DNA from: Nitrospirota bacterium
Lineage (GTDB): Bacteria > Nitrospirota > Thermodesulfovibrionia > Thermodesulfovibrionales > UBA9159
Length of the DNA stretch: 64,000 bases
Reading direction: 5' to 3'
Assembly (NCBI GenBank): GCA_963699545.1
Contig: CAVOUE010000003.1
Coordinates: forward strand, 192,001 to 256,000
Below the pieces are notes generated by a model, which worked only from the letters and a program-made list of their open reading frames with translations, did not search any database and was not told the DNA's origin. Shown here piece by piece: positions 10,437 to 20,895 of this stretch; the first letter of the stretch is position 1; every line of letters starts with the position of its first letter. Position numbers and translations under genes: made by a program.

Positions 10437-10745
10437 ATGAGAACATTAAAGAATATACATCCTGGCGAAGTGCTGAAAGAGGAGTTTCTGGTGCCCATGG
10501 GGATATCTGTCTATCGTCTGGCTAAAGAGACAGGCCTTTCGCAGACAAGAATAGGACAGGTCATAAAGGCCGAAAGGAGCATTACAGCAGAAACCGCAGT
10601 GAAGCTGGGCAAGTTTTTCAGTGTCCCCGCGGAATTCTGGATGAACCTCCAGACGCTTTATGACATTGAAGAGGCACGGAAGCGGTATAAGAAGGATATT
10701 GAATCCATTCACACAGTACGTGAACTTCAGCACTCGGCCGCATAG
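10437..10745 (+). CDS. higA: HigA family antitoxin (XRE HTH)
   Basis: IHPGEVLKEEFL, ITAETAVKL, FWMNLQ..YD. Confidence 0.9.
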   Translation: MRTLKNIHPGEVLKEEFLVPMGISVYRLAKETGLSQTRIGQVIKAERSITAETAVKLGKFFSVPAEFWMNLQTLYDIEEARKRYKKDIESIHTVRELQHSAA

Positions 10746-10815
10746 CTCTCACAAAATAAGCTTTAGGGCGGAGTCGCGCGGCCTTATCCTCATCTCCTGA
10801 CTTCCGGCCCTCTGT

Positions 10816-11388
10816 TCACCACCTTCTCGGTTTCGCGAGTATCTCCAGCACCTTCAGCTCAAGGAACCTCTTTGAAGCAGCTGATTTTATCACCACGACC
10901 GTATCCGCGCCGTACCCTGTCCCGGCGACCGCGATCACCTCTTCGTCCTCAGGGACAAGACCGGAGTCCACAGCCATCATCACTATCTCACAGCAGACCT
11001 TCGCCCCTTCTCCGAACCTTCTTAAGGCCTGCGCGATTATCATGGCCGGATAAACGCCGCTGAACTTGGCGTTCAATGACGTTTCTATGGAGTGGGTGAG
11101 GATCGTGCCTACATAGATCTTCGCCCCGTTTGCCCTGATCTTGTCGGCGGTCTCTCCGGACATTTCAGATGTGTTGGGCCCCTTGAAGCCCGCCGAGTGG
11201 GTGACTACGACCATATTCACGCCGCTGTTCCTGAAGGTCTCTGAAAAAAGGAGCCCATTGGAGCCGGTGGTTGACGCCACGACAACATGTCTGTATTTGC
11301 CTTCGTTCAGCCCGGCTTTTACTACCTCGATGCATGCGCCGGTGTTCTCCTTACCCGGTCTTTCAAAATAGACTATCTTTCTTTCCAT
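10816..11388 (-). CDS. Pyruvate kinase C-terminal-like (MTH1675/DUF1867-type) protein
   Basis: YFERPGKENT, VVASTTG, VVVTH, GAKVCCEIVMMAVDSG, GTGYGADT. Confidence 0.8.
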   Translation of the reverse strand: MERKIVYFERPGKENTGACIEVVKAGLNEGKYRHVVVASTTGSNGLLFSETFRNSGVNMVVVTHSAGFKGPNTSEMSGETADKIRANGAKIYVGTILTHSIETSLNAKFSGVYPAMIIAQALRRFGEGAKVCCEIVMMAVDSGLVPEDEEVIAVAGTGYGADTVVVIKSAASKRFLELKVLEILAKPRRW

Positions 11389-11622
11389 ATCAGACCTCCG
11401 TTCATTTTTTCTGACGCTGTACGTCCTCTTAATCTTACCACTCGCATGATATATTTCTTCACCGGAATTTGAAAAAGGGGACAGGCTATTTTCTTGAGTG
11501 CCGCGTACAAGGAGTAATTTCAGGTGCGCGCCCGTTCTTGATTGGATAGGAAGGAAGGCGGTTTTGCAGCAGTCGCAACGGCATCTCCTTTAATACACCT
11601 CCCAACCTATGTATATGCTTTC

Positions 11623-12126
11623 CTATAACTCCTTGATCAAAACGTCGGCGATCTCCTTGCGGTGCGAAGTTCCGCTTCCCGTACTCGGGTGGCCGATAGC
11701 GAGAACAGCCATGAGTTCCATTTCCAGAGGCAATTCGAGAAACACCCGAACGTTCTCTGCGTTCTTCAGTATCTCTCCCAGCCAGACGGCCCCAAGCCCG
11801 AGGGCGTGCGCCGCAAGCAGCATGTTCTGAATGCATGCTCCCATTGCCTGATGATCTTTGATGTCGTTGTACATCGCCCCTCTGTCAACGAATACGGCAA
11901 TACACGCAGGGGCGGACTCAATGATCGTCCGGTATTTTGTGAACTCTGCCAGTTTTAGACGGGCCGCCCTCTCCCGTACGATAACAAAACGCCACGGCTG
12001 GTTATTCATGCCGGAAGGCGCCCATGTCCCGGCCTTGATGATCTCTATCAGCTGCTCTCGCTCGACCGGCCGGGCGGTATATTTCCTGATGCTCCGCCGG
12101 GTATAGATTCCTTCAAGCAGATCCAT
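11623..12126 (-). CDS. Nitroreductase family protein
   Basis: RRSIRKY, APSGMNNQPWRF, QNMLLAAHALGLG. Confidence 0.9.
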   Translation of the reverse strand: MDLLEGIYTRRSIRKYTARPVEREQLIEIIKAGTWAPSGMNNQPWRFVIVRERAARLKLAEFTKYRTIIESAPACIAVFVDRGAMYNDIKDHQAMGACIQNMLLAAHALGLGAVWLGEILKNAENVRVFLELPLEMELMAVLAIGHPSTGSGTSHRKEIADVLIKEL

Positions 12127-12326
12127 TATCTTTCACCTCCCATCGGGAATGGCTCCCGGCACCTGAAGTGTTGTGTGATCACCTAAAAGCCTTCCACCTT
12201 CAGGCTATGCACCTGGAGAGTTACTCATAAGGTGATTAATGATAATACGTTATCCTGACTGAAGACAAGAGAGCGGCTTTCCTGGGTATCGGCATCCCCA
12301 GGAACCACTTATGTTATATTCTAATT

Positions 12327-13308
12327 ATGCCGGCCAATCTTCCGCCCGAATACTTCGAAGCCGAAAAGCGGTTCAAGGAGGCTGCGACCCCGCAGGAGAA
12401 GGCTGTCGCCCTGGAGGAGCTGATATCGACGGTGCCGAAGCACAAGGGCACCGACAAGCTCAGGGCCGATCTGAGAAAAAGGCTTGCACAGCTCCGCGAA
12501 GAGGCCGCCAAGAGGAAGAGATCCGGGAAGGGTGATCTCTACACCATCGAAAAACAGGGCGCCTCGCAGGTCGCCCTTGCAGGCTTCGCCAACTCGGGGA
12601 AATCGTCGATCCTCAAATCCCTGACGAACGCGAATCCCGTTGTCGCCGATTATCCCGTATCTACCGTCACGCCCCTTTCCGGCATGATGCCTTTTGAGGA
12701 CATCCAGTTTCAGCTTGTCGATCTTCCGCCCATCGGGAACGAATCGACCGACGGATGGGTCTCGGGCATCCTCAGGGTCGCCGATGCACTCTTGCTGGTT
12801 GTCGACCTCTCGGAGGACCCGGACATCCAGGCAGAGCTTCTGATCGAACAGTTGGCGAAATGGAGGATCGGGCTCCTGAAGAGGTCGGAGCCGTCCGGGG
12901 AGTGTTCCGGCTGCAAGCCCGCCGTCATTGCCGCCACCAGGTCGGACCACAGCGCCGCCCAGGAGGGGCTGAGGAAACTGAGGTCAACGTATGAGACCCT
13001 TTATCCCGTGGTTCCGGTATCTTCGGCGACGAAGGAGGGTCTTGAGGAGTTGAGAAGGACCCTTTTCGAAATTCCCGCATCATCAGGGTCTATTCGAAAG
13101 AGCCGGGCAAGGAGCCTGACAGGGCCACACCCTTTGTGCTTCCCCTGGGCTCGACCGTTCTCGGACTCTCGCCGAGACGATCCACAGGGATTTTCTGAGC
13201 AACCTCAAATACGCCTGCATCTGGGGATCGGCGAAGTTCGGGGGCCAACGGGTGCAGAAGGACTACGTCCTTCACGACAGGGATATCGTCGAATACCACC
13301 TGAAGTGA
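12327..13308 (+). CDS. DRG/Rbg-like OBG-family GTPase with TGS domain (frameshifted)
   Basis: MPANLPPEY, PKHKGTDKL, GFANSGKSS, DLP; C-terminus DYVLHDRDIVEYHLK-stop in another frame. Confidence 0.85.
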
Positions 13309-13355
13309 TCGGTGCTGCCCTCTCTATCCGGGAAAGAGGGGCTTTGGACCGGGGG

Positions 13356-14879
13356 TCACGTCTGAACCCAATTTTCCCTCTCCATCCTCCTGAAGTGTCT
13401 CTCGAATATCTTCCTGAAATGGAAACCGTAGATGGAAAAGGTCACGGCCATCGGCAGGAGTTTGGGTCTCCTGAAGAGGGACCAGAAGACGAGCCTCCAG
13501 TAGTAGAAACGCTCCTTTCCGAACATCCCCAATATGAACACGGACTTTAATCCGGCCTTCCAATAGCTGTACCGCATCTGCACCACCTTTTTCTGCATGG
13601 GCCGGTAATCCTTCATAAAGCGTTTGACCCTCGTGTAATAATGCTTTGGGGAATAGATGGTCTCTATGATCTGCCTGTACCCGTTGATAAGCTTTTCATA
13701 ACTCATCTTGGGGATGAAGTTCATGGAAAGGTCCGTGTTGTCTCCGGTAGCCGTCTTTAACAGCCTGTTCTCGGTGACCAGCCGCTCGTAGAGTTTTGTG
13801 CCCCGCGGCGCGTTCAGGAGCCCCACCATGGCCGTCACGATCCCGCTCTCCTGTATGAACGTTATCATCTTCTCGAAGATCGAAGCAGGGTCCTGGTCGA
13901 ACCCCACAATAAAACCGGCCTGGACCTCCAGCCCGAAGTCCTGTATCTTTTTAACACTGGCTATAAGGTCACGGTTCCTGTTCTGTGCCTTGGCGCATTC
14001 GATCAGGCTTTCCTCGTGCGGCGTCTCTATGCCGACAAAGACCGTGATGAACTCGGCCTGCGCCATCATCCTCATGAGTTCCTCGTCGTCAGCCAGATTG
14101 ATGGAGGCCTCGGTCGAGAAGTAGAAAGGCCGCTTTCGCTCCGTCCATCCATTGGATAAGCGACGGGAGTATATTATCCTTAAGCTTCTTCTTATTGCCG
14201 ATGAAGTTGTCGTCCACAAAAAAGACCCCCTCCCTCCAGCCGAGGGAGTATATCTTCTCCAGTTCCGCGATCACCTGCCCGGCTGGACTTTGTCCTGGGG
14301 ACCCGGCCGTAGAGCGACGTAATGTTGCAGAATTCACAGTCAAAGGGGCATCCCCTGGAATACTGGATGTTCATGGAGGAATAGTGCCGCATGTCTATCA
14401 GTTCCCATAGGGGAATGGGCGTTTTCGTCATGTCCGCCTTTTCGACGGATGCATAGAGACGTTTCGGCCTTCCCTCCTTTAAATCGTTGAGAAAAGGACT
14501 GCAGCGTTATTTCCGCCTCATTGAGCACCAGGTGGTCCACGTCTCCGAACTCTTCGTGGTCATTGCTGAAAAGGGGCCCGCCGGCCACAACCTTGACCCC
14601 CAGTTCCTGGCATCTGGCGAGCACGGCTTTAACGGATTCCTTCTGGATGGACATGGCGCTGAGAAAGACATAGTCGGCCCACAGGAGGTCCTTGTCCTTA
14701 AGCTTCCGGACATTCATGTCCACAAGTCTTTTGTCCCATTCAGGCGGGAGCATGGCTGCCACGGTCAGCAGGCCGAGGGGCGGATAGGCCGCCTTTTTCG
14801 AAGTGAACTTCAGGGCGTAGGAAAAACTCCAGAACGTATCGGGATATTCAGGATAAACCAGCAGGATATTCATAAACAA
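13356..14879 (-). CDS. B12-binding radical SAM protein with DUF4070 (frameshifted)
   Basis: PPLGLLTVAAML; SRGCPFDCEFC; FVDDNFIGN; three or four frames. Confidence 0.85.
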
Positions 14880-15065
14880 ACTCCTTATGCGCGGACAAAA
14901 CGGTTAATAAAATGAACACGACGATTGGATGGCATGGTGGGGTGAAACAGATGTACGCTGCAATCGCTTCGCTTCAATGTCTTCATAGTATACCATGAAT
15001 GACCAATTTCCCCCAGACTTTTCGCAGCTCTTCACTGGTCTCATCAAAGTTCCTCCGGTGCCGGC

Positions 15066-16118
15066 TCATGGGCCCTCCTTCGGGGGCGAAATCCTTACTG
15101 TTCCCTTTTCCCCAACCCGGCCCTCGACGGAATACCGGTAACCGCGAAAAAGCCCGATGGCCCAGAGATTCGTCAAGAGGTGGTTTGTCACCGTTTCTGC
15201 TGTAAGGGCGGATTCGTGACGCGACAGCGCCAGGTACAGCACTATCTGGTCTGCGAGATGCCTGTCGAGGGCTGCGCCGGACCTGTAGTAACTGATGAGT
15301 TCGCCTGCAGCTTCGTCTCCCACCTCTTCCGCCCTTTTGCCCCGTGCGCCGAGCGCGGAAAAGCCGGCAAGAGAGCTCCCTGACCTGCATTCGAGATAGA
15401 CAAACGTGCCCTGGCCATAGGTCGGAACGTTGATCGTATCAATGACTGTTTTGTCCGCAAGTTCACCGGCTGATGCAGATATCCTTGAGAGAGCGGCTCC
15501 TTGCTGCCTTTCGGCAATGGAGGGCGGAAGACCTCCGACTCCTGAACTCCCGGTCACGCTGCTAACCTCTCCTCTTTCGGTCAGGTCGAGGGAGCTGATC
15601 CTGTCCGCCGGAAAGATATCCGCCCTTATCCTGCCTCCCCCTTTCGGATAAAACCCGTATGTTTCTATCGAGACCTGCACTCTGACACCAAGGCGCTCAA
15701 GGAACGGGACAAAGACGCCTGAAAGGAAATGGAACGGCGGACTGAAGGGCACGTGGGTCCCGCCCGTGAAGGCCACGGAAGACATCCTGCCTGTGAACAG
15801 CAGAGCGGGAAGAACGGTCTGCAGAACGAGTGACGTCGAGCCCGCCGTGCCTATGTCGAATGAATATGTCCCTCCCTGCGGCTCTCCCGGGCTGAAGAAG
15901 AGCTCCGTGGACCCGGGGCTGTCTCCTTCCACTGCGGCCCCTGAAATGAGCCGGGCCGCGCTGACGCAGGTCAGGTGCTGCGGCATAAGGCCGGGTTTCT
16001 TGCGACCTTTCCTGATATGTTGAATCCTGAAGGGTTTTCCGAAGAGGCATGAGAGACCGAGAGCCGTCCTGACTATCTGTCCTCCTCCCTCTCCGTAACT
16101 GCCGTCGATATCGATCAC
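15066..16118 (-). CDS. rtcA: RNA 3'-terminal phosphate cyclase
   Basis: DGSYGEGGGQIVR, PGLMPQH, GGTHVPFSP, GFYPKGGG, HLADQ, HLLTN. Confidence 0.95.
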   Translation of the reverse strand: MIDIDGSYGEGGGQIVRTALGLSCLFGKPFRIQHIRKGRKKPGLMPQHLTCVSAARLISGAAVEGDSPGSTELFFSPGEPQGGTYSFDIGTAGSTSLVLQTVLPALLFTGRMSSVAFTGGTHVPFSPPFHFLSGVFVPFLERLGVRVQVSIETYGFYPKGGGRIRADIFPADRISSLDLTERGEVSSVTGSSGVGGLPPSIAERQQGAALSRISASAGELADKTVIDTINVPTYGQGTFVYLECRSGSSLAGFSALGARGKRAEEVGDEAAGELISYYRSGAALDRHLADQIVLYLALSRHESALTAETVTNHLLTNLWAIGLFRGYRYSVEGRVGEKGTVRISPPKEGP

Positions 16119-16281
16119 AGCACTATCATATCACCGAAACCTCAATTTTCAGCCAATCTTTCTTTTGCTACAACGTATGCAGCCTGAACTGCTGATCGAC
16201 TGCAGAAGACCGAAGAAATGAAGTGAAGGAAGCAACAGCACGCCGGTAAGTATGAAAGGTTCTTTGCGTGCACAACAGTCT

Positions 16282-17190
16282 TTAATCCTTTATGTCCGGC
16301 TCGAAAAAGCAAAAGCGCACCTGTGGGAAAGCCTTCTTCAACTCAGCTTCAACACGGTTGATATCTTCTATCAAACCTGCGGGAGAGACCGTTTCCTGCA
16401 TTCCTACTTTTGCAGCTACCATCAGCTCAGGGCCGAGCTGAAGGGTAATAAGGTTGTACACCTTCAAGACCTCTGGCTGCCCTGAGAGAAACGAGCGGAG
16501 TGCAGTCACTGTTTCAGGGTCCGCGCTTTCCCCAATGAGCAGGCTCTTAACTTCAACACCGACAACTATGGCCACAAGAATCAAAACCACGCCTATCGCA
16601 ATTGTGCCCATGGCATCGAATACCGGATTTGCCGTGACACTCGTGGCGAGCACAGCGACAAGGGCAAGAAAAAGGCCGAGAAGGGCAGCGATATCCTCAC
16701 CTACGACGACGATGAGCTCGCTCTGCCTGCTTTTCTTGAACCATCTTAAGAAAGGGGTTCCGCCCTGTATCTTTTTCACCTCAGCAAGCGCACCCCTCAA
16801 AGAAACAATCTCAAGCAGTATCGAGACCGCGAGAACAGCTACAGCGACCCATGGCGATCTCGGCATCTCAGGGTGCATCAGCTTGTGTACTCCCTCATAG
16901 ACAGAAAAAATGCCACCCATGCTGAAAAGCATCAAGGCCACGATGAATGACCAAAAATATATTGCCTTTCCGTAGCCGAGGGGATGATCTTCAGATGCCG
17001 GGGCCTTTGCCCTCCTCAGACCCACGAGCAGAAGAATCTGGTTTGCGCTGTCTGCAAAAGAATGTATTGCCTCAGCAAGCATCGCCCCCGACCGTGTGAA
17101 CCATGCAGCAAAGCCTTTTGCAATGGCGATCCCGAGGTTCGCGCCCAGAGCATACACTATTGCCTTTACAGAGCCGCCTGAATGAGACAT
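16282..17190 (-). CDS. Cation diffusion facilitator transporter
   Basis: AMLAEAIHSFAD, HPLGYG, ED.AAL, FFEPD. Confidence 0.9.
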   Translation of the reverse strand: MSHSGGSVKAIVYALGANLGIAIAKGFAAWFTRSGAMLAEAIHSFADSANQILLLVGLRRAKAPASEDHPLGYGKAIYFWSFIVALMLFSMGGIFSVYEGVHKLMHPEMPRSPWVAVAVLAVSILLEIVSLRGALAEVKKIQGGTPFLRWFKKSRQSELIVVVGEDIAALLGLFLALVAVLATSVTANPVFDAMGTIAIGVVLILVAIVVGVEVKSLLIGESADPETVTALRSFLSGQPEVLKVYNLITLQLGPELMVAAKVGMQETVSPAGLIEDINRVEAELKKAFPQVRFCFFEPDIKD

Positions 17191-17309
17191 GAACTTCTCC
17201 TCTCCCCTTATTTGTCGAATAGTCCTTTCATAGTCTAAAACATTGGAGGATAAAAAAGAGGGGGGAACAAGGGCTGACCCCAAGGGTGAGGGAGGAGCCA
17301 GGAACAGAT

Positions 17310-17351
17310 CTTTTTGCAGCCGAAGCGACCAGGCGCTTCGGCTGCAAAAAG
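17310..17351. terminator. Strong hairpin, probable bidirectional terminator
   Basis: TTTTTGCAGCCGAAGCG-ACCAGG-CGCTTCGGCTGCAAAAA. Confidence 0.75.
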
Positions 17352-17353
17352 CC

Positions 17354-17617
17354 TTACGTCATAAACAGTGCAAAGTTAGTCTTATCGAAGTAATCGCACT
17401 TCAGGCAACTGCCCGCCTTCTTTGCATATATCCCCTGGACCTCTCCACCGCAGAGCGTTCCCACTTCCGCCCAGCAGCGGCTGCAGATGTTCTCCGTGTC
17501 AGAACACCCCTCAAGGTCCGCATTAACGGTAACGGGACACACACCCAGGTCCTCGGCGTTTCTCCCCCCCGGTTCTCTTCCGCAATTCTTGAACTCCCAG
17601 CAACGAATCTTCTTCAT
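17354..17617 (-). CDS. Two-CW domain protein
   Basis: CWEFKNCGR..CP..RCWAEVGTLCGG..CLKCDYF. Confidence 0.8.
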   Translation of the reverse strand: MKKIRCWEFKNCGREPGGRNAEDLGVCPVTVNADLEGCSDTENICSRCWAEVGTLCGGEVQGIYAKKAGSCLKCDYFDKTNFALFMT

Positions 17618-17820
17618 ACTGCCTGACTCCTTCACAGCGAGTTACCAGCCAAAAAAGCTGCTTCACAACACAACCATATATAATAATATTTTAGAAAACG
17701 AATCGTCAAGGCGAGCCCGAAGATTCTCTGATTTTCAGCGCGTACCCCGGCGCAGGGCCTTGAAAATCGTCGTCAACGTGATATCATAAAGTATATTGCG
17801 CATCTCTCAACGGGGCGGCA

Positions 17821-18942
17821 ATGGAAGCAAACAGGTTCAAGAACGCAATTCGGGACATCCTGTCCAGTTCGGGCATCGTTATCAATGGAAGCCATCCTTG
17901 GGACATCACCATACATAACGAAGGGTTTTATCAGCGTATCATTAAAGAGGGAAGTGTGGGGCTCGGGGAGTCTTTCATGGACGGATGGTGGGAATGTGAG
18001 CGTCTTGATGCTTTCTTTCATAGGATCATGCTGTACCGCGCGGAAGACATGATTAAAAAGAACTGGAAGATGCTCCTCCCCGTAATCAGGGCTGCTGTCA
18101 TCAATCTCGGCAGCAAATCGAAGGCCTTTCAGGTCGGTAAAGAACATTATGACATCGGAAACGAACTGTACAGGAATATGCTTGATAAAAGGATGGTCTA
18201 CAGCTGCGCTTACTGGAAGAACGCTGAAACACTTGATGAGGCCCAGGAAGCGAAACTTGACCTTATCTGCAGGAAGTTAAACCTGCAGCGCGGCGACAGG
18301 GTGCTCGATATTGGATGCGGATGGGGCAGCTTTATAAAATATGCGGCAGAGGAATATGGGGTAAGAGCAGTAGGTATCACTGTATCCAAAGAACAGATGA
18401 CGCTCGGCAGGGAATTGTGTGCAGGGCTGCCTGTTGAGATCAGATTGCAGGATTACAGGGACGTTGATGGAACGTTTGACCATATCGTTTCTGTTGGGAT
18501 GTTTGAACATGTCGGGTTCAAGAATTACAGGACTTATATGGAGGTCGTTCACAGGTGCCTGAGCGATGATGGACTGTTTCTATTACATACGATAGGCAAG
18601 AATTTTTCTGATGTGACTGTTGATCGCTGGTTCGACAAATATATCTTCCCGAATTCGGTCATCCCGTCAATGAAACAGATAAGCGGTTCCATAGATGACC
18701 TGTTTGTGTTGGAAGACCTGCATAATTTCGGCCCTTATTACGACCAGACCCTTATGTCATGGTTCGGGAATTTCGAGGGAAACTGGGACACATTGAAGAC
18801 ATGCTATGACGACAGGTTTTACCGTATGTGGAAATACTATCTTCTGTGCAGCGCCGGCTCATTCAGGTCAAGGTATCTTCAGGTCTGGCAGATAGTTCTT
18901 TCCAAGAAGGGCGTACCCGGAGGATATAAGCCGGTCCGCTGA
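17821..18942 (+). CDS. cfa: Cyclopropane fatty acyl phospholipid synthase
   Basis: HYDIGN, YSCAYW, LDIGCGWG, SVGMFEHVG, KYIFP. Confidence 0.95.
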   Translation: MEANRFKNAIRDILSSSGIVINGSHPWDITIHNEGFYQRIIKEGSVGLGESFMDGWWECERLDAFFHRIMLYRAEDMIKKNWKMLLPVIRAAVINLGSKSKAFQVGKEHYDIGNELYRNMLDKRMVYSCAYWKNAETLDEAQEAKLDLICRKLNLQRGDRVLDIGCGWGSFIKYAAEEYGVRAVGITVSKEQMTLGRELCAGLPVEIRLQDYRDVDGTFDHIVSVGMFEHVGFKNYRTYMEVVHRCLSDDGLFLLHTIGKNFSDVTVDRWFDKYIFPNSVIPSMKQISGSIDDLFVLEDLHNFGPYYDQTLMSWFGNFEGNWDTLKTCYDDRFYRMWKYYLLCSAGSFRSRYLQVWQIVLSKKGVPGGYKPVR

Positions 18943-18951
18943 GAACCTCGC

Positions 18952-20676
18952 TCACCTTTTGCTTTCCCTCGGCTTTTCGCGCACCACTTCGCGGGCGGTC
19001 TTTATCCTCGCGCAGTCGCAAGAAAACGGGCTGTCTCATGATGCCCTCGTCGGTCCAGCCGTGGAAAGCAACCTCGCAGACCAGCTTCGGCTTTACCCAG
19101 GTGACCGGCGCATTGGTCTCCGGTTCCACTTTAAAGGGGCATTTTTTTTGGATCAGGGGCTCCAATTTTTCGCGGATTTCCTTCAGATCCTTCGCCGCGA
19201 ATCCGCCTCCCGAATGACCGATGTAAATCAACTCGTCCCCCTCGAATACGCCCAGGACAAGGGAGCCGAAATATTTTCTGCCCCCTCTCGGTTCCGTGAA
19301 TCCTGCGATCACGCCCTCCTGCGTAAGCTGCGTCTTTACCTTCAGCCACTGCCGGCTCCTTCTGCCCATCCGGTAGGCGCTTTGAGAATGTTTGGCGATG
19401 ATCCCCTCGAGTCCCTTTTCTTTGACGACATTGAAAAACAGGACGCCCTCTTTCGATACGTGATCGCTGAATTTTATTTTCGGGGAAGACGGGAGAATTT
19501 TTTTCAGGAGTTCTTTTCTCCTGAGCAGGGGCAGGTTCGTCAGATCATGTCCCTGGAAGTACAGGAGATCAAAGACGTAGTAGAGCAGATGACCGCTTCC
19601 GGATTTTTGGTAATTCTGGAGCATCTGGAAATCAGGATGTCCCTGATCATCCACCACAACAATTTCGCCGTCCAGAACAGCCTCAAATCTGAATTTCTGC
19701 AGCGACTCCACAATAGGAAAAAACTTTTTGTTTAACGAGATCAGGTTTCGGGAATAAAGCGAAACGTCTCCGTCCCGGATTTCGGCAATGGCCCGGTACC
19801 CGTCCCATTTCACCTCAAAGATCCAGTCCGGATGATCAAACGGTTCTTTGACCAGGGTCGCGAGCATCGGTTTTATGCCGTGCGGCATCGGTTTAACCGG
19901 CGCATCCTTCAGGTCCTCCCATTTCCATCGCTTCGCGAAGACGGATTTGGTTTATTTTTTTGACTGGAAGATTTCTCCGGTTCGGCTTCGGAAACCTCCT
20001 CCAGGGTCTTATTGGACACTACGGAACGGTTCTCCCTGAGAATGTCCCCTTTGATCGCATATCGGTCTTTCTTCTTCAGAAGCAGCCACGACTTCTCGTC
20101 CCTTCCCGTCTTTACCAGCGCGAATTCACCCTGAAGCTTTTCTCCCTCGAGGACAAACTTCATATTCCCTTTTCTTAATCCGTCCAGAAGAAGTTTCTCA
20201 CTTTCTTTTCTCTCTTTTGCGGAAGGGTGATGATAAAAGCCCCTGTCCCAGATGATGACGCTTCCTGCGCCGTAATTGCCCTCAGGGATAACGCCCTCAA
20301 AATCCTTGTAATCAAGCGGGTGGTCTTCAACCATCATGGCCAGCCTTTTCAAGGAAGGATCCAGCGATGGCCCCTTCGGCACGGCCCAGCTCTTAAGCAC
20401 CCCTTCCAGCTCGAGCCTGAGATCATAATGGAGGGCCCGGGCCGCGTGCTTATGAATAACAAAAATGAGATGGTTCCCCGTATGCAGGCGGGGACAGTCC
20501 CGATTCTACGACTTCGCTTCGCTTCGTCCGTAAACCTGCCCGGACCTGCCTACCGGACAGGCAGACGGCAGGCGGGCCTGCCTGTCCGGTAGGCAGGTCC
20601 GGGACAGTCCCCTTATTTGGTTTCGGCTCGGTGTTTTCCCGAATTTCCGTTTGGATTCGTATTCCTTTAATCCCAT
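18952..20676 (-). CDS. ligD: LigD phosphoesterase plus ATP-dependent ligase (frameshifted, with repeat insertion near N-terminus)
   Basis: MGLKEY..KRKF.KTP; HYDLRLE..LKSWAVPKGP; EVKWDGYR; EGIIAK; WLKVK; true stop probably near 18952. Confidence 0.8.
20490..20612. repeat. Composite palindromic element (123 bp) inside the ligD 5' region
   Basis: GGGGACAGTCCC ... GGGACAGTCCCC; 60-bp core plus three 21-bp palindromic units; homologous to 46609-46710. Confidence 0.9.
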
Positions 20677-20710
20677 GTTGGAAATTCCATTCCTTATAGA
20701 CCTAAATCCG

Positions 20711-20888
20711 GCAGGTGGGAACAGGTACCTGAGCGACCTGGCACGTATTTCGTTCCGGGTCTTCGCGAAATGGAGCGTCCGCAGCCGTGACTGTCTGAGC
20801 CCGAAGGGCGAGTTTCACGGGTGCAGCGCAATAAGCATAGAGCCGTAGAAATAGGGCCTTTCGAGCGAAGGGTCCTGTTCCCACCTGC
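20711..20888. mobile_element. MITE-like / long-hairpin intergenic element
   Basis: Perfect 15-bp terminal inverted repeats GCAGGTGGGAACAGG / CCTGTTCCCACCTGC. Confidence 0.55.
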
Positions 20889-20895
20889 GTTTGCC

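Noticed and set aside
11472-11500. AAAAAGGGGACAGGCTATTTT as another cassette end
   Set aside because: Resembles the GGGAC motifs but no partner repeat was found.
13309-13550. C-terminal extension of the 407-aa GTPase ORF
   Set aside because: Out-of-frame run-on; the real TGS end is at 13308.
20490-20612. Repeats as a CRISPR array
   Set aside because: No regular repeat-spacer periodicity and no cas genes.
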